Source: Phoronis australis
Taxonomy: Eukaryota > Animalia > Phoronida
Length of the DNA stretch: 64,000 nucleotides
Assembly (NCBI GenBank): GCA_002633005.1
Contig: NMRA01000032.1
Span: 352,911 to 416,910 of the forward strand
Reading direction: 5' to 3'
In this document: positions 52,705 through 64,000 of the stretch, in pieces
How the letters are laid out: every line of letters begins with the position of its first letter
Numbering within the stretch: the stretch's first letter is position 1
Notes under the pieces: model-generated
Told to the model about the DNA's origin: nothing
The model's database searches: none
The model's input: only the letters and a program-made list of their open reading frames with translations
Program-made: the position numbers and the translations under genes

Positions 52705-55700
52705 GTGCTGTACGTGAACGAAATCCTGCTTAATCTCAAGATTAAGCGGAAGTGAGTGTTGCATGAACTAGGAAATTAAGCAAACTGCCAAACCCCGTAC
52801 GTGAACTTGGAATCTTGCGTGAACTTGGAATTAAGCCTGGTACACAATCACAGAACAAGGCGCTTGGGCTGAAATCGTTACTGAACCGGTAGGCTACGGA
52901 GAGAAGAGATTTCTAAAAAAAATCGAGATAAAGCTCCCGTGGCCTGGTCATGAATACTGGTTACTAGTACCGAGGAACTAGACTCGGTTTATCAAAATGA
53001 GTTCTTGAACGGACATTTCATTGCTTGATATGTACGTAGTCTTGTGTATAATTGCGCGGCTGCTAAGATGTGTGGCATTGTAAACGTAAAACTTACATAT
53101 TCTACAGTATGTTTCCTCCATCGCGGCCACTAGGCCCTATTTACAAGGCTTGGATCTGTAAAATGGACATCCTTTTCGCGTGCTTCAAGGGAATTGCAAT
53201 CCCGTGAAACAACCGGGCCAAAATTGTGTCTCTCAACTGACCAACAATGAATAAAAGACGTACAAAAAATTCTTACTTTTGTTGATTTATTGGATATACA
53301 ACGAAATGTTTTATTGTGCTCTGAAGTAGCACCTGCCAACTAGAATATTTTTGCAAGTCTACCTTTGTTCCGGGCCTAGTTCCATATCAACATAATTGAC
53401 ATCCTGTAGGTCTTTAAGTTAAATTATTGACTGCTGCGTATTACATTTTCAATAGTTTTACTATGCAGTTTTTGTCGTAACAAATTATACTTGTGTTATT
53501 TTTATTGCATTTTATCATACCCTGTTTTGTTCAATCTTGTGAGGGTTTTTCTAACCAGTACAATGTAATACCTGAGATTAGATTTCTTTGCTTTTGCGTA
53601 CCGTGTGTTTACGTATTTAGGCCCATGCGTCTATATTGAAATTATTTATTTTTTCAAAGAATGTTTTACTCGTTGCGCATATAGTCTCATATAGTCCCAT
53701 CCGCCAATGGTATGGTTCACTTTTTGGTGCGGACGTCTATCACTCTTATGTCAGCATGATTAAATTCGTTGTTTTCTTTGTCTTTTGTACATTTTTTGTA
53801 CTTTTCATGTAACTCAGTGAATATTAAATAGAATCAAGAAGACATTAACTCTATTACTAATGTTTTTCTGATCAAATTCACTTTCAAAATCCATATAAAC
53901 TGGTCACATTTTGATTTATAGGAAGCATTATAGACGTATTTCAGGCATGAGAATACCCATTACCATACCATTATCATGATTACCATCAATCGCCTGAGTG
54001 GTTTTGTACTTCACTGAAGTTCACACACAGAGTTATCCACCCAAGTTGACATGGTAATCACTTTTCAACATGTCACGAGTAAACAAAATAAAAATTACTA
54101 GACTGTTTTTAAGTCTAAATTTTAGGACCGCCACTCGCTTAGACGGGTTGCACGGCGGGGTCTCCGGTTGTGCTCTCGTAGTGCTCAAGTAGGGTTAGCA
54201 TACATACAAACCAATACAGCTCAGCCAGTTTCCATTAACGACCAATGCGAATCGGCAATTCGGTTTTTGAAGGTACACTAATGACAGCGTTTTCTTACAA
54301 TTTTACAAAGTTTGTCACCTGACAAGTTAAAATTTGAATTTTTACAAGTACAGCCGTTACAATTTTTAATAATCGAACTTAAACACAACAGCCTGTGGAT
54401 ATTTTTAATCGAGCCGTGAATTATCTATATTAATATGTCGTTAAAACTGAACAAGGGCAAAACTAAATTTATTGAATTCTTGCAAGGTGTATCTCTTGTG
54501 TACATTTTTTCATTGAAGAAATAAAAAATATGTGACGAGAAATGTGTCATGTACTTCTTCACATTTTACGTGATCGAAACCTTGTTAAAAATTCTAATAA
54601 TTTCCGCAGGCGCGAACGCAAAAACATACAACGCGCTTTTAAATACACCAAACTAAACCCACAGTAAAATAATCCAAATTTTACCATTTTCGTGCAGGAA
54701 ATGATTCACTGTGTCCCGTAGATTGTTCTATCAAAAACTTTTGTTATTTTCAGTTTTCTTTGCTTCAATATTTTAATAACCACATAGGAGTAATTATGAG
54801 GAATGCTATCGGATCAATTCACGTAACGTACATGTCAAAGTAGCTGCAAATCTACTTTTAAGTATTTTTAATGAACAGAACTAATTCGAGTAATTGTTCA
54901 TGTTTTAATATAAACCAAATGTTCAAAACTCAGGGGCGGATACAGGCCGAGTAAGGGATGGGGAGCACGGCAGTGTATTAGCCAGGAGCCCGTCAGGCAT
55001 TCCCACCCCCGAACTTAGAATCTAAGAGAATTTTTTGGAGGGGGTCATGGACCCCTTGGTCCCTCCTAAATCCGCCATTGAATTTGTTACCTTATGTAAA
55101 AACATACACTCAATTTAAACCTGCATTTAAAATAGTCTGCATCTTTTTATTTCTCCAGCGGAGACGTTACTGTCTGTCTGAACTATATCTTATCTGACTA
55201 CCTTGGCCACTTGTGCTCGACTTCGTTGTCCTTATTGTCCTTCCATGGTCAGTTTTGATTATTTCACTAGTGCATCACCTTCCATTTTGCGTAATTTTGT
55301 TTCCAACATGTTCGAGCTCACTCTTCTCCCATTTTGGATGTTCTAGTTCAGTAAAGCAAAAAAAAATTGGTTCCGGGTGTCTAATCCAGTCAAAATCGAA
55401 CCCGAAATTTTTTTTGGCATTTCAGTCCGTTGTACGAAATCAATGTAGGTGTCAATTATTCTGTGCTCGAGTACATTATGTGAAATTCTATTAGGTACGA
55501 AATCGCACTTGATCCCGGCATGACCCCTAGATTCAAGCGAAAAAGTCGAGCAAAAACTCGAAATTTCGAATTCAAACTCGAACTTGCCAAAAAATTTATC
55601 CATGTGTACTCAAGCACAAGGTACTAGGCACTTAAGTTCGCACCAAACTTGGCACCAGGCAATTTCGAAAGATTGGATGCCGGGTCTCCGGATTAAACCC

Positions 55701-55839
55701 CTCGTTCGTAAAACAATAATCCTCGCATACACACGATGCGTGCCTTGTTCATCTTATTCGCAATCGCTCACGCCCTTCAACCACTGCGCTTTGAATTTGG
55801 ATACGGTAGCCCATCTGTCTCAGTCTCATTCCAATTTAC

Positions 55840-56110
55840 TCATGCTCTGTAATCTTTAAATGACATTTGCCTTTCATGTTCAGTTGCACACTTATAGAAA
55901 TCATCCGATCGACGTCCTAAAAGAGTTTTTCTTTGCGTGAACGCATTTTCTGCATTTTGTTTAGTTGTCCCTCCTAGACCATCACATGGTCCTTTACCGT
56001 GACAAAATCCTTTGATGACATGGCATGATTCCAACCTGTTGTTGTAATCAAAATTGTGTTATATGTATATTGTGGTGGGAAATCTGTCCAAAAATGTGTG
56101 ACATCCGCTT
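55840..56110 (-). pseudogene. Degenerate DDE transposase fragment (Sola-like, tentatively Sola2)
   Basis: Minus strand gives HFWTDFPPQY (56096-56067), WNH, then in another frame HGKGPCDGLGGTTKQNAENA...DDFYKCA, matching the recalled W(T/S)D...QY and HGKGPCDG.GG.K catalytic motifs. Frameshifted and truncated. Confidence 0.65.
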
Positions 56111-56268
56111 GCGATATCCTTCAGTTTTCATAAATAGCCATTATTCTAAGGTAGTCTACCGATAGATGTCACGGTTTGTTATTTCTAGTGCGCATATCCA
56201 TTGCGCATTTTCCAGTTCCTCCGTGTGTACCGCTAAAAACTGAAACTCTGTGGAGGACAGTTTGCAGC

Positions 56269-56402
56269 ATGTTTAGTCCACGTACTCCTGCAGGTTCTCG
56301 AGGGCCGTTTTCCCCACAAGTCAGTAAATCATCCAGATCGTCTGTTACGGGAAGAAGGAGTGTCAGTTTGTTTACACCTCAAAAAAGATCTCCGTTTGCT
56401 AG
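56269..56402 (+). CDS. NUP133: Nucleoporin Nup133, exon 1 (MFSPRTPAGSRGPFSPQVSKSSRSSVTGRRSVSLFTPQKRSPFAR)
   Basis: Within ORF 56176-56418; S/T-P-rich N-terminus like vertebrate MFPAAPSPRTPG; donor AG|gttggt, phase 2, fits exon 2. Confidence 0.88.
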
Positions 56403-56448
56403 GTTGGTTCTGTTGTGATTTTTTTCACAACAATTCACATTGATGATA

Positions 56449-57019
56449 TTGCTGTGCGTCTACTTGGAATCCAGCCTCCCGTTCAGTAACGCTAGGACCT
56501 CGCTAAAAAGCAAGACTTCGCGAGATTACGTGAGACATTGCTGTGCATTTTAAACAGAACACGTGACTTTGATTAGGTTTTAGCTAGGTCCTAGCGTCTA
56601 CTGAACGCACGCCTGCTTAATCTCAAGATTAAGCGGAAGGGAGTGTTGCGTGAACTAGGAATTGAATATTCTTTAAGGCAAAAAGGTGAAATTTTTGTTC
56701 GGTGAAAAGAACTTTTGATGTTTTGTAATTCTTGGCCTCGCGATCAACCATTTTCTTAACTTGTGAAGTTGTGTCGCTGAACCTGAGGAATATGTGAATG
56801 GCTAAATCGATTATTGTTTGGTGAAACTGATTGCCCGTAGTTGAAAAGGTTGGTTAAAATTGACATTATTTTATTCAAATGTAACTTGATTTAATGCAGT
56901 GCAAATTTTTATGAACATGAACGTGATTATTTGAGTGAACTTGTCAAGTTGCCTTGTGTATTCCAAGTTCACGCAACACTCACTTCTATTAAGCAGGATT
57001 CCAAGTTCACGTACAGCAA
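56449..57019. mobile_element. TA-flanked MITE in Nup133 intron 1; another terminal fragment at about 52706-52837
   Basis: ta-ttgctgt ... acagcaa-ta; ~70-bp inverted arms (cttggaatcctgcttaat...gagtgttgcgtgaact); left arm interrupted by 56471-56616. Confidence 0.75.
56471..56616. mobile_element. Second copy of the CCWGC-bounded ~150-bp element, nested in the MITE arm
   Basis: ccagc-ctcccgttcagtaacgctaggacct ... aggtcctagcgtctactgaacgcacg-cctgc. Confidence 0.85.
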
Positions 57020-58553
57020 TATGACTATGTAGAACGTTTTCACAGAGTTCGGTGACGGTGTATGCGGTAAACATGCAAACACATCCTTGCATCAATGTCA
57101 TTGTTATGCCCCATTTCTGGATGTGACCTAGAGTCACGAAAAGTCTTTTTAAATGACTTGCCAAGTGGGATGGTTTCATTGCGGACACTCACGCATGCGG
57201 CCTGCGTAGGTTTGATATATGCCGATGGCATGGGGAATTTCTATATTGGCACCCAACAACAGTAGAGTCCACAACCAGATGATATGTCAGTACTCCTCCT
57301 GGGAGGGTTGGGAGCCCAGGAGTTGCAACTCCCAGACAAGAGACATAGCACGGCTTAAATCTGTAGAACTAAAAGGGAGGGGAGTGTTGTTATATATGGG
57401 TTTTGGGTGTAACATGGTTGTAGAGTCATAGAAAGCCTGCCAAAATGTCTTGCCAAGTACTATTCCCCTCTGAAAAATATTGATGTCGCACGGAATTCCC
57501 CTTCACGAGCTCCCAAAAGTCCCTTCAAGAGTCAAGTGATTGAAAAATTCCCCTTGTGGTGTGAATCACTTGTAACCCACACAGATGACAATCTGAAAGG
57601 TCTCAAAATGTTAAATTTAGCTAATAAGGCAGAGACTATGAGAGCTTGCATCATGGAAGGGGTTGCTATTGAAATTGATCGGCTGGTAGAATTTCCCCTT
57701 CACTGGAAAAAAATTCCCCTCTCATAAGGCACCTTCACCCTCGGATGAGTGAGGGCCCTGATCTCCTTTTCATTTTTTGTCCTAAATATTCTAAATATAG
57801 GTCATCTGGCCAAAAAGTTGTGACATTGGCTGTAAAAAAATGACTGTCAACTGACGATTTATAACATGTGACCTAGTGAATTGAAAATATGATTGAATTT
57901 AGTTAATTGCAATCTTAATCAAAAGGTAAAAAATGACAAAGTTCATGTACGCGTAAATCTAAACTTTTCGGGCTTTCTGGTTTTCAGTTTAACCAGTTAT
58001 ATCTTCATTCAAAAGTTATCACTAACTCTTGGCATAACTACAGGTTGGAAAGCAGGCCATGAGGGTCACCAATGCTGGCCCAGTGAGCAGGGTTGGTGAA
58101 AACACAAAACTCACGTTATTGGTCTTGAAGGATTTCAGAAACGTTTATTGAAGCCTGTGACATGTGTAGGCATTCAAGTTTTCTGGGCATCAATCAGAAA
58201 AATATAATATAATACTCAAAAGGTTTGACCAAAATAAGTTGTATTTATTGGTGCCTACTCTGAACATTTATTGCGTTTCCATGCTGCTGAGTAAATTGTT
58301 CCCAATATATCTAAGTTCTCTAACAGGACTTAGGGTTTTGGGATTTGCTGTATATTTCCACCTGAAAATAATATTGTAGAAAACCATTGTATCGCTTAGC
58401 AACTCCAATTTCACGTTGAAATAGAATGTTGTCAAGCAGATTTGGCTACAGAATCTATAGTGTAACAACTTGCAACTAGGATTCAAAATTACGTGCTCTG
58501 CCTTGTTGGAATGAACCCTTGGTTTCGCAGACTAGTTGAATTGTGTATTTCAG

Positions 58554-58681
58554 AACCAAAACATCACAGAACAGATCTCTGCAGAGCTCACTGATCCTCG
58601 ATGATAACACACAACAGCGCGTGGAGAGTTATGGGACCTCACTACCAGTGTTAGTTACTGAGACTTTAACACTTGTTGAGA
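58554..58681 (+). CDS. NUP133: Nup133 exon 2 (TKTSQNRSLQSSLILDDNTQQRVESYGTSLPVLVTETLTLVE)
   Basis: Acceptor tgtatttcag, donor A|gtaagt; YGTSLPVLVTETLT matches Nup133 FGSSLPVKVMEALT. Confidence 0.93.
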
Positions 58682-59259
58682 GTAAGTGTTAAATAAATGC
58701 TGTGTTCCTACATCAAGTACATGTAGTTACTTAAGCTGGTCTGGTAATTTAGTCACTGACGTTATTTTAAGCTGTTCGAGTTACAGTTTTGTAAAACCCT
58801 TGAAAAATGTCCAAATTTGGCTAAATTTGGAACATCGTGTCATGGAAATGGCCGATTTGGTTCATATGCATTTATGCACGGTTCTCCAAAATACTCCGAC
58901 ATACTGTTTTTAAATTGATCCACTTTTGAATGAGGGTCTGTCAAAAATAGGACTTGTGAGTGCTTTGCCTGCATCTGAGGGGAAACTTACTTAATGTCTC
59001 ATAGAGAACTCCTTCAACAGTAAACTGAACATATCCAAGAAATATCAGGAGACAATGATGTGATAACGTCAGTGGAAATTACTATGCAGTTTAGATTGAT
59101 ATTCCAACTCTAAAACTTGGGTTAAGTGGGAACAGAATTAAATGTTGGATATGCTTTGGCGAATGATTGCTCAAATTAAGGAAATCTTGGTGTTACTTAT
59201 CTACAGTGGTCATAGTTAGGATCAGCTATGTACTGCGTAATTTCCACGTTGTCTTGCAG

Positions 59260-59363
59260 GACTTCACGAAGTCAGTGTGAAGGTTGATCCATCCGGATGG
59301 GCTTGGCTAGTTTGTGGACGCAAACTGTTTGTTTGGCGATACAAGCCCACACTGTTTGGAAAG
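59260..59363 (+). CDS. NUP133: Nup133 exon 3 (LHEVSVKVDPSGWAWLVCGRKLFVWRYKPTLFGK)
   Basis: Acceptor gtcttgcag, donor AAG|gtatgt; matches Nup133 GGWACLVCKEKLIIWK. Confidence 0.95.
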
Positions 59364-59692
59364 GTATGTGTCTTGTGTCCGTGCGATGAAGAACCTTTTG
59401 TTGTTATGCTGCCATGAATATGATTCTTTATGTTTTGAGCAATTGTGTTTATAGCAGTTGTGAAGTAGACCTATCTTAGACAAGTCAGACATCCTTGTCT
59501 AAACTGATGGCACTCTGACGCTTTTGTACTTGCGAACACCCTGACTGCTGTGTTTATAGCTGCAGAAATCATTTGCTATCATGGTTGAAGGAATTTGGGG
59601 CATTTTGTGTGGTTTAGTAATCTACGCTCGGGGTCTAATCTATTTGCTTGAAATCAAACTCAATATTAATTTTGACATTTTCTGTTCTACTA

Positions 59693-59914
59693 CTGTTATT
59701 CTATGGTCGAATACTTTATGGCTTATGTAGATCGTTGTCCAATCCTATCTAGTTTGCACTTGATGAACCCAGTATTAAGGCTAAAATTTTTAGCCTGAAA
59801 TTGGAATTTTAAGTTTTTAATACTTTAAGTCTTGAGTTTTAGTAGAGTTTGCAGCTCGAATCTAGAGGTCATCAAGTGCAAACTTGGGCTAGAAACTCAA
59901 GCATAGAATAACAG
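59693..59914. mobile_element. MITE in Nup133 intron 3
   Basis: Perfect 13-bp IR ctgttattctatg / catagaataacag plus internal IR agtttgcacttgatga / tcatcaagtgcaaact. Confidence 0.65.
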
Positions 59915-60157
59915 ACTCTTATCTTGAGTTCACACAAAAGTATAATTTTAATACATATTAAAATTGAAAATGCTAAAATACTTTTGAGTGTGATTTCAAG
60001 TACAAAGATTATACTTTGGCCCGGGATTTATAATTGGTGTTTTTGTTCCTGAGTAAGATGGAAATATCCCTTAAAGCAATAGCTAAGCTGTATGGATCCG
60101 TGTCCAGTGTTTGCTCTACTGTAGTTGCAGGAGCTGATTCTTGACTTTTCTCTTCAG

Positions 60158-60382
60158 GGCGGAGTCTGCAAAGAGCTCAGTCTTCCCCCAAGTGGCCTGA
60201 CGCATAGTGCTGAGCTGGTTTGCGTCTTGCCACCTTCACATGATCAGCAGGCCACTAGCTGTTTGGCTGTCAGCCCGGAGGGAGTCATTCGTTATTGGGC
60301 CAACTTAACCCATGAAGGCGCCTTTGTAGAGGTTAGCGCCGACCTGGGTGGGAATGAGTGTGCCATAGTGGTTAGTGTAAAG
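60158..60382 (+). CDS. NUP133: Nup133 exon 4 (GGVCKELSLPPSG...SPEGVIRYWANLTHEGAFVEVSADLGGNECAIVVSVK)
   Basis: Inside ORF 60125-60397; acceptor ttttctcttcag, donor AAG|gtatgt, 225 nt; matches CKELQLPPS and EGSIRYW of the Nup133 beta-propeller. Confidence 0.96.
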
Positions 60383-60770
60383 GTATGTGACCTTTGAGGG
60401 CGCCACAAGCACCTTTTTTCTTTGTTATGTAATTGTCATTCTGTGAATGTGCACATTTAAGGTTGTCTTAACTTATTATCCATGTGTGGAAGGTTGCAGA
60501 TTTTATATGAATTGAAACTAACCTGCTCTAATTTTTGGAGTAAATTGTGTGTGCAGGGAATTTCCGTGGGTCAAGATCCCTGCACTGACCAGTTTGTTTT
60601 ATCAGAATTCCATCTCTGTCTCATCAAAATTAGTGCTAATTTTTGTAAACTGTTTAGCATCTCATTTTAATTCTTCTTATCAGATGTAATGATCTTTATG
60701 GATGTATTATTATAATTTGCGTGACAAATTTACGAATTCATTGTCGATTCAGTCTAGTTTCAACTTTCAG

Positions 60771-60947
60771 CCATTTGGTTGTATTCTGGCCACGACCACG
60801 AGTAACCTCCAACTGCTGTTAATAGATGGCACTCAAAACAGTGTTATCGTCCGGCCACTGAACACTCCTCAAGGAATGCTCGCTGGGATTGGACGTCGGA
60901 TGTCGTCATTCATTTTTGGCGGTGCCAGTCAGCAGTTGTCAAATGAG
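60771..60947 (+). CDS. NUP133: Nup133 exon 5 (PFGCILATTTSNLQLL...PQGMLAGIGRRMSSFIFGGASQQLSNE)
   Basis: Acceptor caactttcag, donor GAG|gtcagt, 177 nt; QGMLAGIGRRMSSFIFG corresponds to the amphipathic ALPS loop (human QGMLSGIGRKVSSLFG). Confidence 0.95.
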
Positions 60948-61016
60948 GTCAGTGTCCAGTCCCAAATAGCTTGATTCACAGTGTTATATGACTTACAAAA
61001 TGATTATCTGAATAGC

Positions 61017-61295
61017 AGTGCCTGTCTAGCTCCTTGGTTAGATTGGTGGACTTCTTGTGAAAGGTCGTGGGTTCAATTCTTGAGAGCTGCGGTCATATGG
61101 GTGTGGCCTTATGCAAAGCACTTATTTTTTTGTCTCCTGCTGCGTAGTGAGTACCAGTCACAGCTGGGAAGTAGCTATTGGTATACTATAGTTCTGTACA
61201 GGGTGAGTTAAAAGACTCTCGTTAGCTCACATCGCAGAAGCCGGTGGTAGTAATCAGCCACTCCGATGAGCCTAATGGTTCGATTAAGTTTTATG
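61017..61295 (+). mobile_element. tRNA-derived SINE in Nup133 intron 5
   Basis: A-box-like tagctccttggttaga, B-box ggttcaattct (61070-61080), then core-like gtgtggccttatgcaaagcactta and gtgagtaccag; no intact cloverleaf. Confidence 0.6.
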
Positions 61296-62490
61296 TAATC
61301 AGGGTCATATTATTAGGTTTTCGTTGTGAGCAAGTAAAATCAGGATTGTTGCAATGTGTATCAAAATTAATATCTTTTTGTCAGTGAAACTACCAGGCTG
61401 AAGTTTTTTAAAGGCATGAAATAATCAGCAAGAAGGCTGAATGCACTTCCTTGAAATAAATTTATGCCTGTGAAATGAATTATCCTAAATTGTTTCCTAG
61501 CATATCTCCGTAATAACGCACATTTTATCAATATATTTAAAGCATCACTCACTGTTATAATGACGGTCTCATTTTATTTGACTCAGATCAGAAATGACCT
61601 CTAGACTTGAGAAGAACTGACGGGGCATTACTGTTTCAAACCACGCCCATTAAGTTGATTGACAGTTGCCAAGGCAGCATGTCCTTCAGGGTAGTTTCTA
61701 GACAATACTCAGCCCTCAAACAGAGCTGAAGGGCCATCGGAGCGCTTTTCACAGATTTGTAAAACGGACACAAGCCAAAAGAATGGGAGGAAAATACTTG
61801 TTCAGTTTGTTAGTACTAACTCAGTTTTTGACCTAGTGACCTCATATAGTGACCCAGATGCCAACCAATGAGCCCAGTGAATGCTTCAGTTCACGAGTTC
61901 AATGGTAGGTTAAAAATACATATAGTGGAGTGACAAGCGAATAGTAAAAATGGATGGGAATATGGTATGTTACTTTCCAAGAACTAATATGCTTTTGAAG
62001 GAAGTTGTTTTTAGGACCAAAACATGGTTATGGTGGGTTTAGAAATGTCGAGTTGTGAAAAATTCGGATTACACTGGTGAAACGTAATATCATTGGAGTT
62101 ACCTTTCTCAATAAATTTTTGATTGAAATATGACCTTCAGTGAACAAACATAGCACATAAGATGCTGGATACTTGAGTGTTTATTTTGTCAAATGTCTCC
62201 TCAAAAATGATCGTTGATTAAACTTGACTTCTTATCATTATCATGATTTGTACTGAACAGCTGTCACAAAACAAAAAGTAGGTAACTTTCCTGCATTTTA
62301 GCAGCCATTGAAAAATGGAGAAATTGCAAAGTTCGCATCAAACTGAGAGATTACCATAGAATAATCAAGTTAATGGTTGCATTGGTGAGGGGACATGTGG
62401 GCAACCAATACTGTTGCCCGTGTCTTTTTGTTGTCTCTAGATGACATCACTGTGGAGCTTGTGTATAAATCTAAGTCTTTGCTATCACAG

Positions 62491-62604
62491 ACGATGGTGC
62501 GGGTGTTACCAGGGGAGACGTTCGGAGGAAGCGGAATCGCTCTCTACCTGCTGTCTGAGAAACATCTCCAAAAATGGCTGTTATCCGATGGGGAATCGGA
62601 GAAG
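62491..62604 (+). CDS. NUP133: Nup133 exon 6 (TMVRVLPGETFGGSGIALYLLSEKHLQKWLLSDGESEK)
   Basis: Acceptor ctatcacag, donor AAG|gtaata, 114 nt; resembles human [20 protein letters not shown]. Confidence 0.9.
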
Positions 62605-63257
62605 GTAATAAGTCTGGAACGATGTCCCAATTTGATTGGTCGAACTTGGGTTGTATCTCACTTGTTAGCTGTAATATTTTTAATAGTTCACAATGCCACT
62701 CGACTAAAGTTTATCACAGACACTGGATCATCACAATATGGACAACTAGGCTATAAAAATAAAACTATACATTTGATCTCTACGAAATTCAGAATTTACA
62801 TGATATTGCTAAGGATGTTACGATTGTAAGAGGATATTATTGTGCCCTCACCTTTAAAACTTTCAGATTGGACATAAACTCTTGCCTTGATATTGTTGCT
62901 CCCCTACAAAGTATTACCTGCCTTGTCTAGCTTAATATGCACTGTTTAGCTTAATATGCAGTATGGTGGCTGTAAAAAGCAGGCTCAGGACTTTTTCCAG
63001 ACCTATTCATACCAGTAGACTTATTAACTGTATCGATGGAGACCTTCTGATTATTACTTTATGGATCGCCTTAGTATTAGCTCTATCGATATTCTTAGAA
63101 TGGGAGAGAAAAAGCCTCATGCTGTCCAATAACAGCCACCATACATCTGCCATTATGCAACACATGGTAAATTGTGGACTTTTGTGGCACTTGAGAACTT
63201 ATTTTTCCTTAATTGTGATGCATATCACATAGGGAGCATTCATTGTTCTGCTTTCAG

Positions 63258-63317
63258 CTCCTGTATCAATGCCAAGTGGACAAAATGATCCGAGAAAACA
63301 TGGCAAAGACTGTCTGG
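63258..63317 (+). CDS. NUP133: Nup133 exon 7 (LLYQCQVDKMIRENMAKTVW); gene continues beyond window
   Basis: Acceptor ttctgctttcag, donor TGG|gtgagt, 60 nt in phase; resembles human [20 protein letters not shown]. Confidence 0.88.
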
Positions 63318-64000
63318 GTGAGTGTGGCTGGAAATGTGTTGTCATGGTGATATGTCTGCACTGAAATCATAAGATCAATGTCATTAGGTGTACAGAGGGC
63401 TATGTTCAGTAGCGCTCGTCACATGCGAGTGGAACTTACTGGAGTCACGAGTATCCCTTGTAATACATGGTGATATTTCACGAAATTACGTGACCTCGCT
63501 AAACTTGTAAACAATAATTTTAGTTGAATATTTTTCAAGAAGGGGGATGGTGAGACATTCAGTCTTAAGGGGTATTTTTCCCCTAATGATGCTTTAAACT
63601 TGAAAATTGTTAAAATGACTGTTAAACACACTAGTTTGGCATCGTAGATGTTGGATTTGGAATTGGGGGATCATCAACGTTTGATACGAAGTGATTTCTG
63701 AAGGCTTTGCCAAACCTACCAAAATTCACAGATTTAATGTATTTTTACTCTCTGAATAGTCTGGTCATTTTTTATCAGAGTACAGAAAGGTTGGAGTCAT
63801 ATGAACTTTGCATACATGGTTTTTAATTCATGTCTAGTTTGTGAACAAGTAGGAAATGTCCCTTGAAGACTTTGAGCGGTTGACTTACGACTGTGAAAAC
63901 AAGGATTTCAAAATGTTTTGTTTTGGGCAGCGAGTCAAGATGAAACGTTGCTTTAGCTACTAACAGTTTTGTCTCTATGTACTGTTTACTTTTCCTTCAC

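Noticed and set aside
61017-61090. Possible tRNA gene
   Set aside because: A/B boxes present but stems do not pair and a SINE-like body follows.

Overview
AT-rich animal (probably marine invertebrate) genomic DNA with spliced genes; almost all ORF-track entries are spurious. Two genes lie head-to-head. (1) A ryanodine receptor (RyR) on the minus strand: exon 1 at 46647-46706 (MTDDHENTGSEQDDISFLRT), a 46.1-kb first intron, and exon 2 at 420-536; the gene continues left of the window. (2) Nup133 on the plus strand: first seven coding exons between 56269 and 63317, all GT-AG and in phase; it continues to the right. Non-coding DNA is dense with non-autonomous DNA transposons (Harbinger-, hAT-, Kolobok- and Tc1-like MITEs, a DINE-1/HINE-like element), SINE remnants, an 83-bp minisatellite and microsatellites. 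Three tandem duplications are each joined by a single N and look like un-collapsed alleles. Most notable: a triplet of ER-stress response elements (CCAAT-N9-CCACG) plus an XBP1/ATF6-type site in RyR intron 1 (35611-35756), and a HINE-like transposon whose ~146-bp subunits each carry a CTCF-like motif (11 in 1.5 kb). Family assignments rest on recalled motifs, not database searches.
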